Source: Fimbriosthenelais zetlandica (lineage: Eukaryota). From it: a stretch of DNA of 64,000 nucleotides. The translations under genes and the position numbers were made by a program. Every line of letters begins with the position of its first letter. Within the stretch, counting starts at the first letter, position 1. The stretch spans positions 20,646,001 through 20,710,000 of the forward strand of contig OZ365114.1 of the NCBI GenBank assembly GCA_977030845.1, in the 5' to 3' direction. Positions 22,461 to 37,800 of the stretch are shown piece by piece. The notes under the pieces are model-generated. The model saw only the letters and a list, made by a program, of their open reading frames with translations, made no database searches and was not told where the DNA came from.

Positions 22461-25029
22461 TTTCTTAGCTTGTATGCTGATAGATGAATCTCTAGAGGTC
22501 AGGGGCTCATGAAGGGGCCAGTACAAATCAAAACTTTTGAAGAGCAAATGATCACAATCTAACCAAGCATAAGTCTTAGCGATCGATAACAGTGCTTTGA
22601 GCTCCGACATTTTCTGGTCTAAAAATGAGAGGCTCCTTTCCCCAAAAGAACTAATTTAAGGTGTCTCGATGGGACCTTTAAGATTCCCCTTCTGTGCCTC
22701 TTTGGGTTTGCCTCAAGTCCTTGTATTCAGCATGTGAGGTGATAAAACCTGTCATTGGTATGTGATTGTTTACTTTCAAACTCGGCGACAGATTGAAAAT
22801 CATCCAAAATATCCCATCATTAAGTTAGTAAAAGTCCTCCATAAGAAAGGAAAGAAAGTGTCATTGTTGTCAACCTGTTAACAAACCATCCAGCACTCCG
22901 ACTATAAATCATTGTATTTTGCCTTACTTCACAACTGTGCCATTTCAAGGCAAATATTATATCAAAACAAGTGTAGTGTCAAGTTTTTTTTCTAAATCTT
23001 TCACATAGAAATTATTATATGATGGAAATATAACTTTCAACGTCGGATTATTACAGTGAATGAAACCTATAACATTCGGTGAGATATGACTGTCCCGACC
23101 TCAATTTTTAAGCCTCGATTGTTTAGCTGAACTGGGTGTTCAGAGTTGTTACCAAAGGCGTTAATGGGATTGCATATGTTCCTTTTAAATGCTTTTTTGG
23201 CCCGCTCATTAGTGACCGGCGTGTTGCGAGTTAATTGCTTTTGTTACCTGTCTGTGTGAAAGGACCTGAGGCTATGAGGAATATAGAACACAGGTCATGG
23301 AGACTCCCTCTCTTCTCTCGCCACTCACACAAAGGCATCCCTCTCCAGGTGGGATATGTAAATGGTGGAGGAAGGGGGGAGAGAGGAATAGATAATGTAC
23401 TGGCCGTATCCTTCATTCGTTATTGCAACTTTTCTGGCATAACATTTCTATGAAAATTGGATGAATACGACTCATACAACATCTGCCAGAGTAAAATTTT
23501 TAGTTGTGCTGGAGGAAAGGATTTGGTATACAGTGCCATATGCCTTCTCCACTTCCGGATTTTTACGTCACCTACTAGAAATAATTTGATACTTGACTCA
23601 TTCTAGAATTTGCACATGAAACAATACAAATGTTCATATATTTCCTTTCTTAAAACTTCCAGGCTGGTGTATATATGGTAGAACTGGGAAATCTTTATGC
23701 ATAATTCAAGTAGATTATGCATAATGAAGATAGGAAGGCCGAGTCCAGAAATAGTTGAGACTCGCCTGGGTTACTCATTAACATGTAGTGAGCAGGAGGC
23801 ACATTAAGCTATGATTTATACCACCTGATGGAAGATGGCGATTTAATAGAAATTTTATGTAGAGCAGTGGATCGTAATTATCTCTCTCTGCTCCTCTCTC
23901 CTCCTGACATCCACTGGTGATATGGTGGGTCTGATTTGTAGGGCCCTCCTAAAATAGATGGATTTAGACTATCATCAATTTTGGATCCCCTCATAGTGAA
24001 TTAATTTAATAAATTCATGGGGAATTGACTGTTTTCAATACATCTCTATAGTCAAACATACAATTCGTGGTATGGGGAATAATAAAGATCACCTGAGAGG
24101 AGGCATATCGTGCTGATGATCGCTGATAGAATGACGCTGTCCATAATGAGACGGATGCATGTGGTGAAGCCACAATGGGGGCTGATCCCATAATTACTAT
24201 CAGACATATTGTATATAGAGGTGATTATGGTCTTGGCATGTTCTCATGTGGTCTACCAGGTCACGTCTGATTACCGTTATCTACCGGTAAATATACGGCC
24301 AGGTGTGAGGCGTGTGTCCTATCTCATTAAAATTACCTCTACCTTAACGACTTCATGAGTATATAGGCTACATATCTCCTTCATGGAATGTATCTCTTTC
24401 TTTGTATGCCTAGAAGTATCTCATTGCACCTTATTTCTAGTCGGATCCCTTCGTAACTGATCCCGTCTACCCATCCCGCACCATTGAGTTCATTTTGAGT
24501 AGGCATATTGAAACAATATTGATGACGTAGTTGCGTCGTCACCTCCACCCTTACTTGTCTTTTTAACGGAAGTCTTCCCTTTCAGGCACCGGACAAGTAA
24601 CCATCTGGAAACGGAAACTATGAAAACAACGCCACGCCTGAGTGGCGGCAAGACATGTAATTAACCGCTTGGCTGGGTGTTGGTTGGAATGACCAGGCTT
24701 GGGGCAGGGGTAGGGGGTGTGGCAGCGAAAGGGAGGGGGTTTTGCCTACACACAGGCTGTTGTTTTCCGATGATAACTTCCTGGCACTCGGACATGGAAG
24801 CCATGAGTTGGAGGCTTTTACAATACATCACATATTACCACCCGTATATTCAATATTGAATGGATTAATATTCATATTTTAAGGGTTAGAATGTAGGATA
24901 TTTGACTGATTCAGTTCCTGCAACCAGACCACCTTGATGAATCAATAAATCAGCCAAGCCGCGTGTAGAATTAAGCATGACAAGGTTTAATGGTTCTAAC
25001 AAAGTAGCTACATCGCTGACGCTTAGCGG

Positions 25030-25065
25030 ACGTCGCGCGCATGCGTCAAGTGGTCACGTGACGCT
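25030..25065. promoter_or_regulatory. NRF1-like site plus palindromic E-box (GTCACGTGAC)
   Basis: GCGCATGCG 25037-25045 and GTCACGTGAC 25053-25062 in a CpG-dense patch. Confidence 0.4.
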
Positions 25066-28000
25066 GTCGAGTGGTCGCCTCGTTCTCATAATGGTTGCGT
25101 CTTGTCGCTATCAGTCTGCCATGTAGAGGATAACCCCCACCCCCGCCTCCTCTCTTCACTCGCCGGCTGGTGCCCGACAGATAAGTGTTTTTCACACGAA
25201 CCAGTTCCAAAGACCATGCAGTCATTTATAAGGTAGAGATAATCATGTTACCCCGTCCCCGTAGATACAATAGGGAGGAAATAAAACCCCTTTCCCTGAT
25301 CATTGAGCCAAGAAAATGCACTTGAGTGAACTCGAATCTTCTTCCTGGTAGAAGACAATAGATTTTGGTTCCTCCGGATACAAAGGATGGCATCTGGCTT
25401 TTGTATGGACGGAAGCTTTTTTGTTATATCGAAAACTAAAGACTTGTAAATCGGTTTGCGGTTATTGTAATTTAAGAGATTTGTTTGAGGCGGGGTGTTC
25501 AAAGAGATTACTTAAGCAGGCTTTGTGTACATGGGCTTATTCATGCTTCTTGAACTATGTTTGTTTCTTGTACTTGGTTGGTTTGGTGTTTGTGATAGTT
25601 TTGAATGAGGTGATGTACAATAGCTCCCGCCCTCTCTTCAATTTGGCATACTTCCTCGTTTTGAAGTTTCATGTCATTCGGAACAAGCTTCAATGCAGGC
25701 AGAAATAATTATCTTCCTTTTTTTCCCCAGCAAAATTTCCCACAAATACAAGAAGGCCTATAGCCACTTGCAATAATTTTATCATTAATTATTGGGGACA
25801 AAGTCTTGAGATCCAGATGGGATATTACGCACTTTTAGGCCTACTATTTCCATATGCCGAACCGGAATTAGGATCTGTTATCTTACTTCCGGTCGGCCAT
25901 ACCTAGAATTTAATTGAGGAGAAATTCCAAGGACGTTTGATGTGTGTTGCTTTGAACTGGTATGAAACAAAACTCTCCTCGCGCCAAAGGTTTTCTACAC
26001 GCTCCAGAGATTCTTCTGGTGTCTTCCCTTAGAGTCTGAGCTTTCAAAGAGGTCTCTATTGGCCCGTGAGTTGTCTTAAAGCTATAATTATTACAGAGTA
26101 TGTGTAGAGGCGTTCCATTCAGGTGTTAACAAAGGATTAAAAATTGATAGTTTACACGCACAAGACACCTTTATGTAGCTTCCTTTATGACATTCCATGA
26201 AGCATAATGTCTTTTACACGATTTACTGCTGTTTTAGAACCATAACCGGAAGTAGAAGATAAAGCACCCCTTTCCCTTTAATTATGGTCATTGTGAATTG
26301 CGAATAGAGTGCCCAGAGTGCCACAATCTGCCTGTCCATACCTAACCTTTCTATATACTACTCACGTTTAAGGGGTGTGGTATGGGGTGTCATGTATGTA
26401 CCCATTTATGTAAGGTTATACTGTATAATACATGCATATTTACTTCTCATACTATAGAGTATGTGTTACAGGGGCGTTGACATCATATGGAACCACCCTC
26501 TCCATATTTCCTTTTTTGGACTGTCTGGCTCATATCATTATGATTATTATAGGCATAATGCGAAATGGCCGCGCAAAATGAGCATTAGCAGTACAATTGA
26601 AAAGTGCTTTTAATCATTCCAGATGGGCATTGAGCCCGCGGGGTGAGAGATGAAACCGTGACAAACGGTCCCTCCTCGGTTTATATCCAGTTTCATTTCA
26701 CAAATGACTGTTGGCGGAAAGGGGGGGGACTAAATAATGAATCGGCAGGGCTTTGATTTGCCCGCCATCGCTTCGTTACAGCAAGTTGCGCCTAGTGTTT
26801 CATCTATCAACACTTCCATTCTCCACCCAGAACCAACGCTCCACCCTCACCGTGCACCCCTGCCCTCAGCCACCCAACCTTACACTGAGGCTCCAATAAC
26901 TTTATTAGAGGGATCAATCAAATAAGGATCAACCTCCCACTCATTATGTCACACTTAAAGGGGGCATCAATCGACCAGAAACAATCAGAATAATAACCGA
27001 TGCTTGCCCATAGGAGGCGTTGTTGTCGCTCGCGATGGCCGCCAGGGGAATAGAACGCTGGGTGGAGCAGTGACTGGACGGGAATTAACTAAGTGAGCTG
27101 GCATGTCGCTCCAGGCATTCCGACAGGTTTTTAGAACGCTTAGATTTAGCAAGGGTCTCATCAAATACACTAAACACGACGGCCATGGACTGTCTGTGGA
27201 TGTCCAGGCCTATTGTTACTTCATCAATTGATGGGTGATTGAATGGGGTATGTGGAGGTGCATGTGTGTTGTGGGTAGCTTGTGTGTGTCAGGATCGTTT
27301 TAGTTGAGTTGGTTAATGATATCATCTGACAATATTCATGATTAGGTTGTTCAGTTCCCATATGGTTCATTCATTTGTTCAAATAAAGAAGATGGGTAAA
27401 ACAAGTGCACAAAAAGTCTTTCATCCTTCTCTGCAATCTGTCACTTCAATGGATAATGGATATGATTAAGTGTATGAGTCAAATGAAAGATATAATAATA
27501 TTTCATCCCAAAGCATTTCGTATGACATGAACATGCCTTTAAGTAAATTTTCTTGCATATTTTTTTTAATTTGCACTGATTCCCAACGAGTGTAGAGTGA
27601 CTATACTCGTTGGTTGCACTGACTTTGCCAGCAAGCTATAGGATTATAATCATTAAAAGTTGATGCTTGTGTTGAAGAAAATCTCTTGATATCCTGTCAT
27701 TCAACTGCTCTATAATTTACCACCTGTTTTAACCCATAGAGATATAAAATACCACTTGTACCTCCATGCAGCAGAGAATTCAGATTTCTATGTTGACTCA
27801 GAACTGCATAGGTATCCTCTATGTGCCCGCTCTTAAGGTGACTAAATATATGTTATAACCATCTATTTTAGAAACCATACATTACAATGATGGCCTCTCC
27901 TTGGTGGTTGCTTATTTCAATAGCATGCTAACAAAAACTTCATGTCAAATGCTCCTGTGTGGAGTGTATAATTTGGAAGCACCTGCATGTATGTTTCTGG

Positions 28001-30592
28001 AGTGGCTGCAGTTTAACCTCAGCGTTTAGCCCTGGCATTCGCCTGTAATTTGTTCACCTGTAATCACCCCTCGTGAGTACACCTCCCCACCAATCACCCC
28101 CTCCAAAACCCCCTTCACTCTCCAACCACCATAATATATCATACCTATAACCCGGGCCCAATAAATGTCCCTTTCTGAAAGACCAGAAGTTCTTACAGAA
28201 ACTGTGTAGGATGCCCTAGCTGCCTGTGCCTTGGGTGTACCAATACACAATGTATGAGATGGCAACAATCTGAATTGACTTTTTTCAACCTTGTCCATAC
28301 CATCATTGGAGATGTGCTGGAAGGCTATACTAAAGGGACTATACGAGGACTAACCTGAGAATTTCTTCTGGTCCGGGACCTTTAGGAGGACCCTGTGCCC
28401 TGGTTTGCCCAGGACCATTACTCATTGATGTTTACTCGCCGTGGAGCACCTTCACCATACAATTACTTCAGTATGTTTCTTCCGGGCAGGCCTTTCATGT
28501 GAGCGCTCCATCTGAGTTGATTCCTCTGCTAAGACATGCTGCTCTCTCCCCTCCCACTCCCCTACTTATTTATTACAAGCTCTCCCTTTAGCCTTTTCAT
28601 TAAATCCCAGGTGGGCGAATGATCGGGTCTGGTCAAATATAAAGGATGGGTACAACTGGTAGTTTGCTGAGATATTTGATATCCAGGGATGCTCCTAATT
28701 GTTATCTTCCATTTCGGAGGGTGTTTTATGTTTGACAGCACCAACACAGCAGAGTTACAGCCAGTCATAAACACCTGTATACATGTAAGTGAACAGAGAA
28801 ATGAGTGACAGGTCCAAAACTCTGACAGATAACTCTAAATATAATACCAGAAAATATGTCATGCTATTCATGACAATTCATGTCCTAAAGCAGAATAATA
28901 TTATGGAAAATAGATTAAAAACGTAAGTCCCGATAGAAGAAGACTCCACATCCAACCAAAAGCAGGTCCCCATCTGCGTCCCCATGGTGTCGAGGCGGTA
29001 CCATCTTGAGATCAAAGAATTTGGTGGGCGTGTGGAAGAAGGAGGAGGAGATTACCCTCCAGCCTCAAAGGAAAACTACCCTTGAAACAAATAAAGCATA
29101 TATAAACCAAATCTCATAACGTTAATAGATAAGATTGTCATATAGCTAATGCTGTAGTTAGCTTCGTGTCAATAGTCATTATGGTTATACAAGTGTCTAT
29201 TATTTCAGTAATTTCCTTTTTAAGAGAAGAGTACTTGACTGGATTTATGACAAGTATTATTACACGTACGTTCATGTTTACCACTGTTGCTATTTACAAA
29301 AATCTCTGTATTTTGGCATGTTTCTCAACCTGACAATCCTTTCTAGATATATTTATTGTCTGGCAATGTAAATGGCACTCCGCCATTTTAAAATTGCATG
29401 TATCTACCCAGTTGCCATAGCCTTCCTTTGCCTCCAGGAGCCGATCTTTTTTTAATGAATTTCCTCATGACAGTCATGAAAATTGTCTGAGGTCTTATCC
29501 AAAGGCTGTGGCGGTGGCGGAGAATCCCCCAATGGAAACATCCCATGCAGACTTTGCATGGAATAAGAGACTTCTCACTGGTGGTGCCTGACACCCTTAA
29601 TAATAGCCTATGTGACATGCTAGCAGCACTGGACATATCCTTTTGTTCAGTATACACTATAGAGATCTAAAACAAGTATAAATCCTGCTGGCACAGAGCT
29701 GAGTACAATAGAAGGTCAGCAGGTACATCTGGAGGGAGAGAAAGGTGTAACAATGCTATGCAGTAGTTAAGATCGTCATGCCAAGTTAAAGCTTATTTTA
29801 TAGGTGCTCAGCGAGTCCATGTGATCCCACAGACATGAAATTCCAATGCTTAGTTCCGTATCCTCCCTCTTTCCTGTTCAGAAGGGTATTTATGCCAAAT
29901 ATCAAGCATAGTTTCTTTTCTCTAACCAAAAGTTAACATTATTCATTACAATTTTCATTTCTTTCAATGCATGCATTGGATGCTGTATAAATTATACAGG
30001 TCTATATTTGTAGGCTAGTTGTCTTGATCATTGCTTGTAGCCTATTCTGTAGGTCTAAATTGAGATTAGGCCCTACTTTTTCACTTCTTCCCCTTCTCTC
30101 CATCCCTATACCCTGCTTTAATTTCAGTTATAGACGTAAATAAATTAATTCTTCACCTTTTTCCTACCCGGGTTCTCCCATTCCTCTCAATAACTAGTAC
30201 ATGGTACTAGTATAACTCGAACTCGGGCCCCCTCTTTGGAGTGGGCGATAATAGGGGACTTTACTTTTACGCATTATTATACGGGAGTTTGAAGATCATT
30301 TGGCTCATGTTGGTGGAAAACATGTATAACATTATAGGGTCATTCATCAGTTATAGTTACACATATTATGCATGTCGTATTTCTTCTAAATTAGCCTTTG
30401 ATTCTATTAGGAAGGGCCCCCATCTTTAGATTTATCATTTGACCTAATTTAGATTCGCTCTTCGGCAGGCTTCTTTAAGAACAATGAGAAGGGAAAAGAG
30501 TCTTATAACTTTGTAAGCGTTGAGAAGATAATATTATGGTCGCTTTATGTGTAATGTAATCAGTAATAAAATAAAATTGTTTTCTTTCTCAG

Positions 30593-30633
30593 AAACCAGC
30601 CTCACCTCTAGGCCTCCGTGAAATGGTTTGAAG
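30593..30633 (+). other. Candidate 41-nt non-coding exon
   Basis: Near-consensus acceptor ttgttttctttctcag| and donor AAG|GTGAGT. Stop codons in all three frames. Confidence 0.4.
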
Positions 30634-31699
30634 GTGAGTACTTGTCCCTTTGGATGTATCTATTTAATATTAAGATATACTCTAAGTGACGGAGATCAAC
30701 AATAATTTCCTTATCGAGAAATTCAACTGTTGTCCCTCTATTTAAGGAAATCGTGCTTTAACAATTTAGTTTAAGAATAATGCTGCACCCCCCTTCCCCT
30801 TATAGCTACCTCCCTCCCTCCAGGGACGTGCAGTCTTTCCACCAGTTAACTTTTAACTGTTTTACATAAAGGTAGGTCTCTATCTGACCCCGAGTCCGGC
30901 TTTGTTCCTCGGCCTCTCACTAATGGGCCTGTTGTTAGGCTTGTTTGCTCTTGATAAGCCAGCACTGGAGGCATTTTGGACTGGCCTGGTCCTCTACTCG
31001 CTTCATGTGTCATATATATAGCTCCTCCAAACTTTCAAAGCTCTCTATGTTGACTTTGCCTGAGCCAAAACAAGTAGAAAATGATTGATAGATGGGTAAT
31101 TACAACTGCGTGATGTGGTGATGCACTTCGTGTGGGGAATATTGAGGTCATATAGAACTGTTTGAACAAGAGATACACTCTTTCTTTTTATATGTCTGTC
31201 ATTCTGTCATTTGGGGTAGAAATTCCTCTCAGGGAAAATCGTTGGCTTTGCAGAAGTCCCCTACATTTTGCTGTTCTAACTTTTGGAAAAGTTTCCCTTA
31301 AGTTTCCATAATACTGTCCCTTTTCGAACATCAAGTATATGTCAAAGCTATTTAATTGAACACTGGGATAGGGGGAGACGGGATGTCAAACTATTTGTGA
31401 TCCTGGCATGTACTCATTTGGTCCTGAACAACCAATTAATGTCCCTTGGACAAGGCTGTCCTAGAGCAGATGTTGGGTGGAGAAGCGAAACTCTTGAATT
31501 AACAACTAAACGACACAGCCATTTGTGAGCCCTTTGTATGCTTTGTGTAGATGATCTAGCAATGATTTGGCGTAAAAGTAAATGTTTATCTAAATAACAC
31601 AGTGTGGCTTATGAGAAGAATACAGGACCAAGGGGGTTCCTTCTGCTCACAATTATCTACTCAGTGCATGTAGAATCAGATTTCACGCGGTAAGGAGGC

Positions 31700-31830
31700 C
31701 AACTATCCACCGCGACACCGCCACAGGAAGTTGTCGGTCGGCCATTGTGGTGTCATGGCGGCCCCCTGTGGAGCACTTGATGTATGACGTGGCTTCCTGC
31801 GGCCTCTGTTTGGTGAGGTGTGCTCCGGGT
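31700..31830. promoter_or_regulatory. CpG-rich ETS/YY1-like element
   Basis: CAGGAAGT 31724-31731, ATGGCGGCCCCCTG 31755-31768, TGACGT 31785-31790. Confidence 0.35.
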
Positions 31831-34800
31831 GGCCGGATAACATGCCCCAAGGCGCCAAGAGAACACCGCCACCCCATTCAACTTTTCCTGCCTTCTTTAT
31901 GCGTTGTATACAAGGTATACTTATGCCTGAAAAGCCTCAGCAGAAGGGCTGGTAATGTGAACACTGTACCAAGCACCGTTCAGCCCTGCTCATCCACACA
32001 AAACTGTATTATGCTATCATCCACACCCGTTATTCAAACTGCCCTTTTTCTGCATAATCACCGCATATATGACTCTGATTGCAGTCTTCCCAGGACAATT
32101 ATTTACCAGTCGCTGCCATATTTTGGTGAAAAATTGAAGGCCTACAATTGCGCCTTGAGGAACCCCGCTGAGCATTCAGAGGTGCCCTGTAGTCATTCTA
32201 CCGTCCATATCACGTACCTGATGGGCACAACTGAGTATCAATTCTTGCAATACGAAGGGAGAGTATATGAAATGTCCTCTAAAACCATCTGGTAGTGTGA
32301 AAATTGATATGTTTCTACAAGAATGATTTACATAGCTGCCTTCATTGGCGCTGACCCGTTTCATTTTGGGGCGAGAAAATTTCATTGATTAATGATGGTA
32401 GATCTTCTCAGTTTCAGCCATGAATATAAATCTACAGGCTGTGTTTTCTGTTCCTTTCACCATCCCAAATATTTGCTATATTTGTATCGATGATTATCTA
32501 GGCAGAGATTATACTTTCCTAATGGCTTCCTCTGACCCAAATTACACCATTTAGTGGACCTACTTTTACTTCCAAATGTTGTAAGCAACTAAACCTTATA
32601 CAAGATGCCGATGACAGTGAATAGTTCTGTTTGAATGCAATTATAGAAAGGACTTGAGACCTGTGTATAGTATGAAATCCACTGACTTCATATATTACCA
32701 AGAAGTTTAAGTGACAGTCAGATTAGTCCCAGTTGATGAGAACCCTTGCTTTAACACCCCCTTGTGTTCCCCCTGGTAAATATGTAACCACCAATCATGT
32801 CCCCCAGCCACTCATTGAGCCCAACAAATTGGTGAAATCACCCCACAACACCTTTCCCCGATGCAGATGTAATTTCAAGGCCGTTAAAGAAATGGCATTT
32901 AAGCTATGGCCCTGTTGGTCTACGTCTGTCTCCCAAGTGTCAGCAGCGACACCTAGAAACAAAAGTGGGAAGGTGAGAACGAATTGTTTTTCTGGCCTGG
33001 GGCTGGCTTTTGTTTGGGTCTGTCTATTAGGCTGGGAGCTCTTACACTGCCTCAGGTGTGGTAGTCAGTGTTGGTCGGTAGATAAGATCGCTCCCACTCA
33101 CGGGCCGCTGCCTTCCTCTCCCCGATAAGTCAAAAGATATCCGGCCTGTGCCTCTGTTTGGCATCCTCAGGAGGTAGAGACCCTTGTTGGCTCACAAAGA
33201 TGACATTTCTGACGCTCAGGCTCACTCTGGGACAACAAAGATAGCATCCCCGCCTGAAGTGACTAATGAGGGGGGAGCATATATACTGTCACAGCGGTTC
33301 CTGTTTTGGACATGGCTTAGTGGAACCTGAAAATTAGCAGGAAGCCATTATCTGATCGCCAGAAGCCACAACTGTGACTCTATCTTATAAAAGCCTTTGT
33401 TTCTTAACAGATGGGCTTCTTTGGGGGCCTTCAAAGCAGCATGGTGACAATCAAGATTTCCCGCTGTCTGTGATAAGAAAAATATCTCAGCAGGAATTTG
33501 AAGCTCATAAAACACATTGATTACTTCATTAGTGGATTCTTTCAAAATTTAGTGTTCTTGCTTTCTATCTTGATTCTCTTCTCATGTTTCCACTAAGTTC
33601 AATTTATCTAGCAAAATTATGTCTCAGATATATGAATTAAACTTAAGTTAGATCTGGTACTAGAAAATGCCTGGCATACCGAAGTATGAAAACAAGGAAA
33701 GTTGATTAGCCTACATGCACACATGAGCGCCTTGGTACAGTGGCGCCCCTCCGATTTGGTGCGGCCATCCAGAAAACTGAGCTCTTGTCCCAAGATCTTC
33801 CTTCTCTCGCCTCGGTTGACCTGTGAAAGATACCTCGAGATAGTTTTGCTGGAAGGCACGAAGTTATTGAGATGCGATGGGCGTCTGAACGGGCAAGATT
33901 GATGTGTCCAAACAGACCAAGTGTTAGCAACTTGCACCAAGACATCCTTGCCTTCTGGAGACATTCAGTCAGCATGGGGTCCCCGTCACCAAGTCTGAGC
34001 CCTGACAGCAAAGGATGGGCTCAGGCAGCGCTTGGCTGACTTGGTGGCAAAAATAGGTGGAGGGGTTGAAATGTAGAGGCTCTTCTAATCTGTGTACATT
34101 CTACATTATGCCATTTCCAACCTCAATTATTGGGTAATAGTACTCATTGTATGAGGAAATTATATTGGCTTAACACGGTATCTATTATTGTTGTGGGATG
34201 AGGTATTATATTTATCTGGTTCTTCACAGTTTCACAAGTATCGTATTGTGGGTGTATCAGAGGAAAAGTTTGGAGATGAAGTGTGCCTATAGGTCTCCAC
34301 TGTAGCATGTGCCCATGGTGGATAAAGTTATTGAATACACCTACCAATATGGTGTGGGCAAAGTCCCAGCCATCAACACTGGACAGGCATCTGTTCCAGA
34401 GTGCTTCTTCACAGCCTGGACTGCACACATTATCACATTATAGTGACAACTAGGTATCACTTTACCTCATTAAATCCATCGCTTAAGTAATGCACGCTCC
34501 CCTCCAGCCCGCCCATACCCAGCAACAATGTCCAGAATCAAATCTTTTAGTAACCATAACAACCGCTTATCATCAATGGCAATGACAAGGTCCTCATTAT
34601 AACTTCTCGTGAAAAGGCCTTGGCCGTACTCTCAATATCCAAAAGAGCAAAGAGGTCTTTGATGGCGAGGCATGGTTCTGATACCTAATATGCTTTATAT
34701 TGTTTAATGAGAGCACATTGAGGACCGGCTTTTTTCTATGGGGATGAATGGGTCACCATCTTGCCCCAGGCCCGTTGGTATAGAGTTGCTATGATAATAG

Positions 34801-37800
34801 AAGGTTTGGTAGACATTCTGAAGCAGGTGTGGAAGCTGTAGCTTATCTTCCTTTTTCTCTACCAGTTACCAAGTTTACTACATGATGTTAATTATTGACT
34901 CCTAGTGCCTCGAGGTCCAACGAATATCTTATAGAAGTCATATCTACCCTCATACTGCCATCAATAAAACGCTACCTTCAAAATTATTCCTTTCATGCAC
35001 TGATGGCTTCGAATTCATATAATTTAAAACATATTGAAAGAAAAAAGCCAAAGTAATATTCTATGACGGTAGCAATAATAAAATTTAAAAATATGACTTT
35101 AGGTCCTTTGTAAGAGAAGTCGACAGTTGGTTAAAAAACTGAGCTAATATTTTTCCTATTCGTGGCATTTGCAACTTGCAACTTCGAATTTCTATCGATC
35201 TGTACTATGCCCAGTATGCATTCGTGCTTCAGGAAAGGAGAGCGTGAGCTGTGCAAATCATTACATACTGTAAAAGCCAGAGTTAATTTGTATGAAATGT
35301 TCTCCCCTCACGTTATAGTTGGTACAAAGCGGGGAACGGGCGAGGTAAATGATAGGGCGGTGTATGGGGTAAGCATTGTGAGTCCCAGAAGTGACAGAAG
35401 AGCAAAACCCACACTCTCTGTTGGAGAGAGAAGGGTGGAGGGTGACTGGCCTCCTAGAGTGGACCCTTACAGACACAGGGGACACAATGTCTCCAAGACG
35501 ACAGAGAAAGGGTCAATTCCCTCATTATCGCCCAGGGAGACTGGTCTTGTAAGGTCTCTCCGCCATAACCCTTCACTTATTGAAGAAAAAAAAGTTCGCA
35601 AGCTTATTAAAAAATTATTTTCAAAAATCCTCCATTTGTTTCAATGTTTTGTAATTCAAAACATTTGAAAATACATTCATTTCGGTACTTAATATGAACT
35701 GAGGTAAGGCCTCCAGTAAAAGCCATACCGACCAATCGAAATATACAGTATGTACTTTAAGGCTTTCTTAAGAAAGGAATGCCATCAAATAATAAATTCT
35801 TCTAGGACTGATGGGTGTTGATTTCTCTGGTTAAGCCAAGCCCAACGAATCACACCACTCGATATTCTGTCCTTGTATGTACAGATAAGAGTTAATACAT
35901 TATGGATTTGAATGCACAATACTTGTATAGTTGGTAGAAAGAGGGGACATTTACAGATGTTTCCACTGGGTGAAAGGTGTGACAGAGAGAGCACGGTGAT
36001 GATCACCCCACCTGGCTATTCTACACATCAAAGGCTTACACTAGGACCGCTCACTAAATCACCTGGGCAGACTGGACATTGGTCAGGGCTGTCCATGCAA
36101 AGTCTCCTCCTGTGGTGAGGAGAATTGAGGGTGAATTACTAATGGGAGAGGTCACACACGGAGCTGGGGTCCTCCTGTCATCTGTGTACTTTTTGTGTGT
36201 GATTTTTTTCTCTGTACGATAAAGGTTACATTTCTTTAGATGTAGCCTAAAGGTTCTCCTCTTTTTCCGGCATTCATTCGGCTTTAATGCTTTACTGAAA
36301 GCAATTTATTAGTTCAAGTATCAGCATGATACGTGATTCTCAAAAGATAGAAATGTCCATTCATTGACACTTAAAGGCTCGATCATAGAATTGGGTCCAT
36401 TTTCAGGCTCCTCTGATGTCTATACATTATAGCCACTTCATGTAAATGAACGTAAACCAACAAGGTTCGGTTATTTGACCAACGCCTCTGTCACCTAACT
36501 CTCGTGAACTCTCGCGAGGGATCACGTTGGCTAATGACACCACATCTAGGCCCTCTAGCGGTAGACGGTGGAAAATCCCTATTGGCAAAGAGCGTGAGAG
36601 ATGTACAGGCTATACATCTATCTCCTCCGTCCAGTTTGACTTTGGATTGGCTGCATTGCCAAGGGCAGGCAATGTATAGGGCCTATGGCTGCCCACCCTT
36701 AACTCATAAAGAATGGGTCCTATATAGGACACCGCATTCACAACCAGTGGACGTGACATAGAATATAGAGACCTCATGGTTATGTAGCACCAATAAAGAA
36801 CAAAACACATTCAAGTCATAGACAGGGCACTGACAGATTCATTGGCACATTAGCCATGCGGCATTACAAATACCGATAATTCAGTGTGCACTGTGCGCCA
36901 CCTCAGGGTCTTCTTGGGAACTAATGAGAGGTTCATTAATTGACAGGCCTCCACTACACAGACAGTTGGGAGTTTTTTTTAGATAAGTTAGATGCAGAAA
37001 CAGATGCTGGCAGAGTAAAAACCAAATCACTAGAAATCAATAGAGAAACAATACTAAAAACATTAAATGTTATGAAATGATTGAAAACAGAAGTAAATGC
37101 AGTTTAGTGAGTTTGTCCGAATAGTATCTGTATTTATTACATTGTATTGGCAAGGCTGTATGAATGGTATAGGAGCCAACGACCAAGCAGCACGTAGCCA
37201 GTATTTGGCATGCTCGAGTTTAATCTAGCCCAGCCTATTAGCAAGGTTTCCATGTCGGTAAAACCGACAAGTCAGGCTCGCGGTGGACATGTTTACCTAG
37301 GCAGCGCCATTGTTTTTAAGGCTGGCTCACATAGAAGTGAGGTCGCTAGGGCCCTCAGGATATGTATGTGAAAGTCTACGTGTGTTGTATTGCTGCAGAG
37401 AGGCACCACACCAGGCCGAAGTTTAGCTAGGAGAACTCTAAAACTGTCTCCCCATACCTGACCTGTCTCTCATCTGTCAATTCTGACGGACATTCTGAAG
37501 GCTGGAGAAGCAAACAACAAGATTACATGAGATGGAATATGATTTTGGGAGGAGGGACGGGGGGAATGCACGCATGCTTTGTACACATACAACATGTCAT
37601 CTCTGCCCATCTCTACATGTGTATATTACAGCTTGCTTCAGGTTATTTATGTCATTGACACACATAACGTCATGATTCCTTGCATGGTATAATGGGCAAT
37701 TGACCAAATTATTGGATTTATATGTGAAAATCATGGTCGATAAATTGGTGTGTAACATTTGGTTCTGACCAACGAGATGGAATCTCGAGTCATTCGTGAG

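Noticed and set aside
34144-34690. Fragments faintly resembling a hAT transposase catalytic motif (SSVDGWD..VGVFNNFIHHGHMLQWRPIG) and an RT segment (IDDKRLLWLLKDL)
   Set aside because: Short, in different frames and mutually inconsistent, with no TIRs, TSDs or further motifs (no PQG/YADD). A profile search would be needed.
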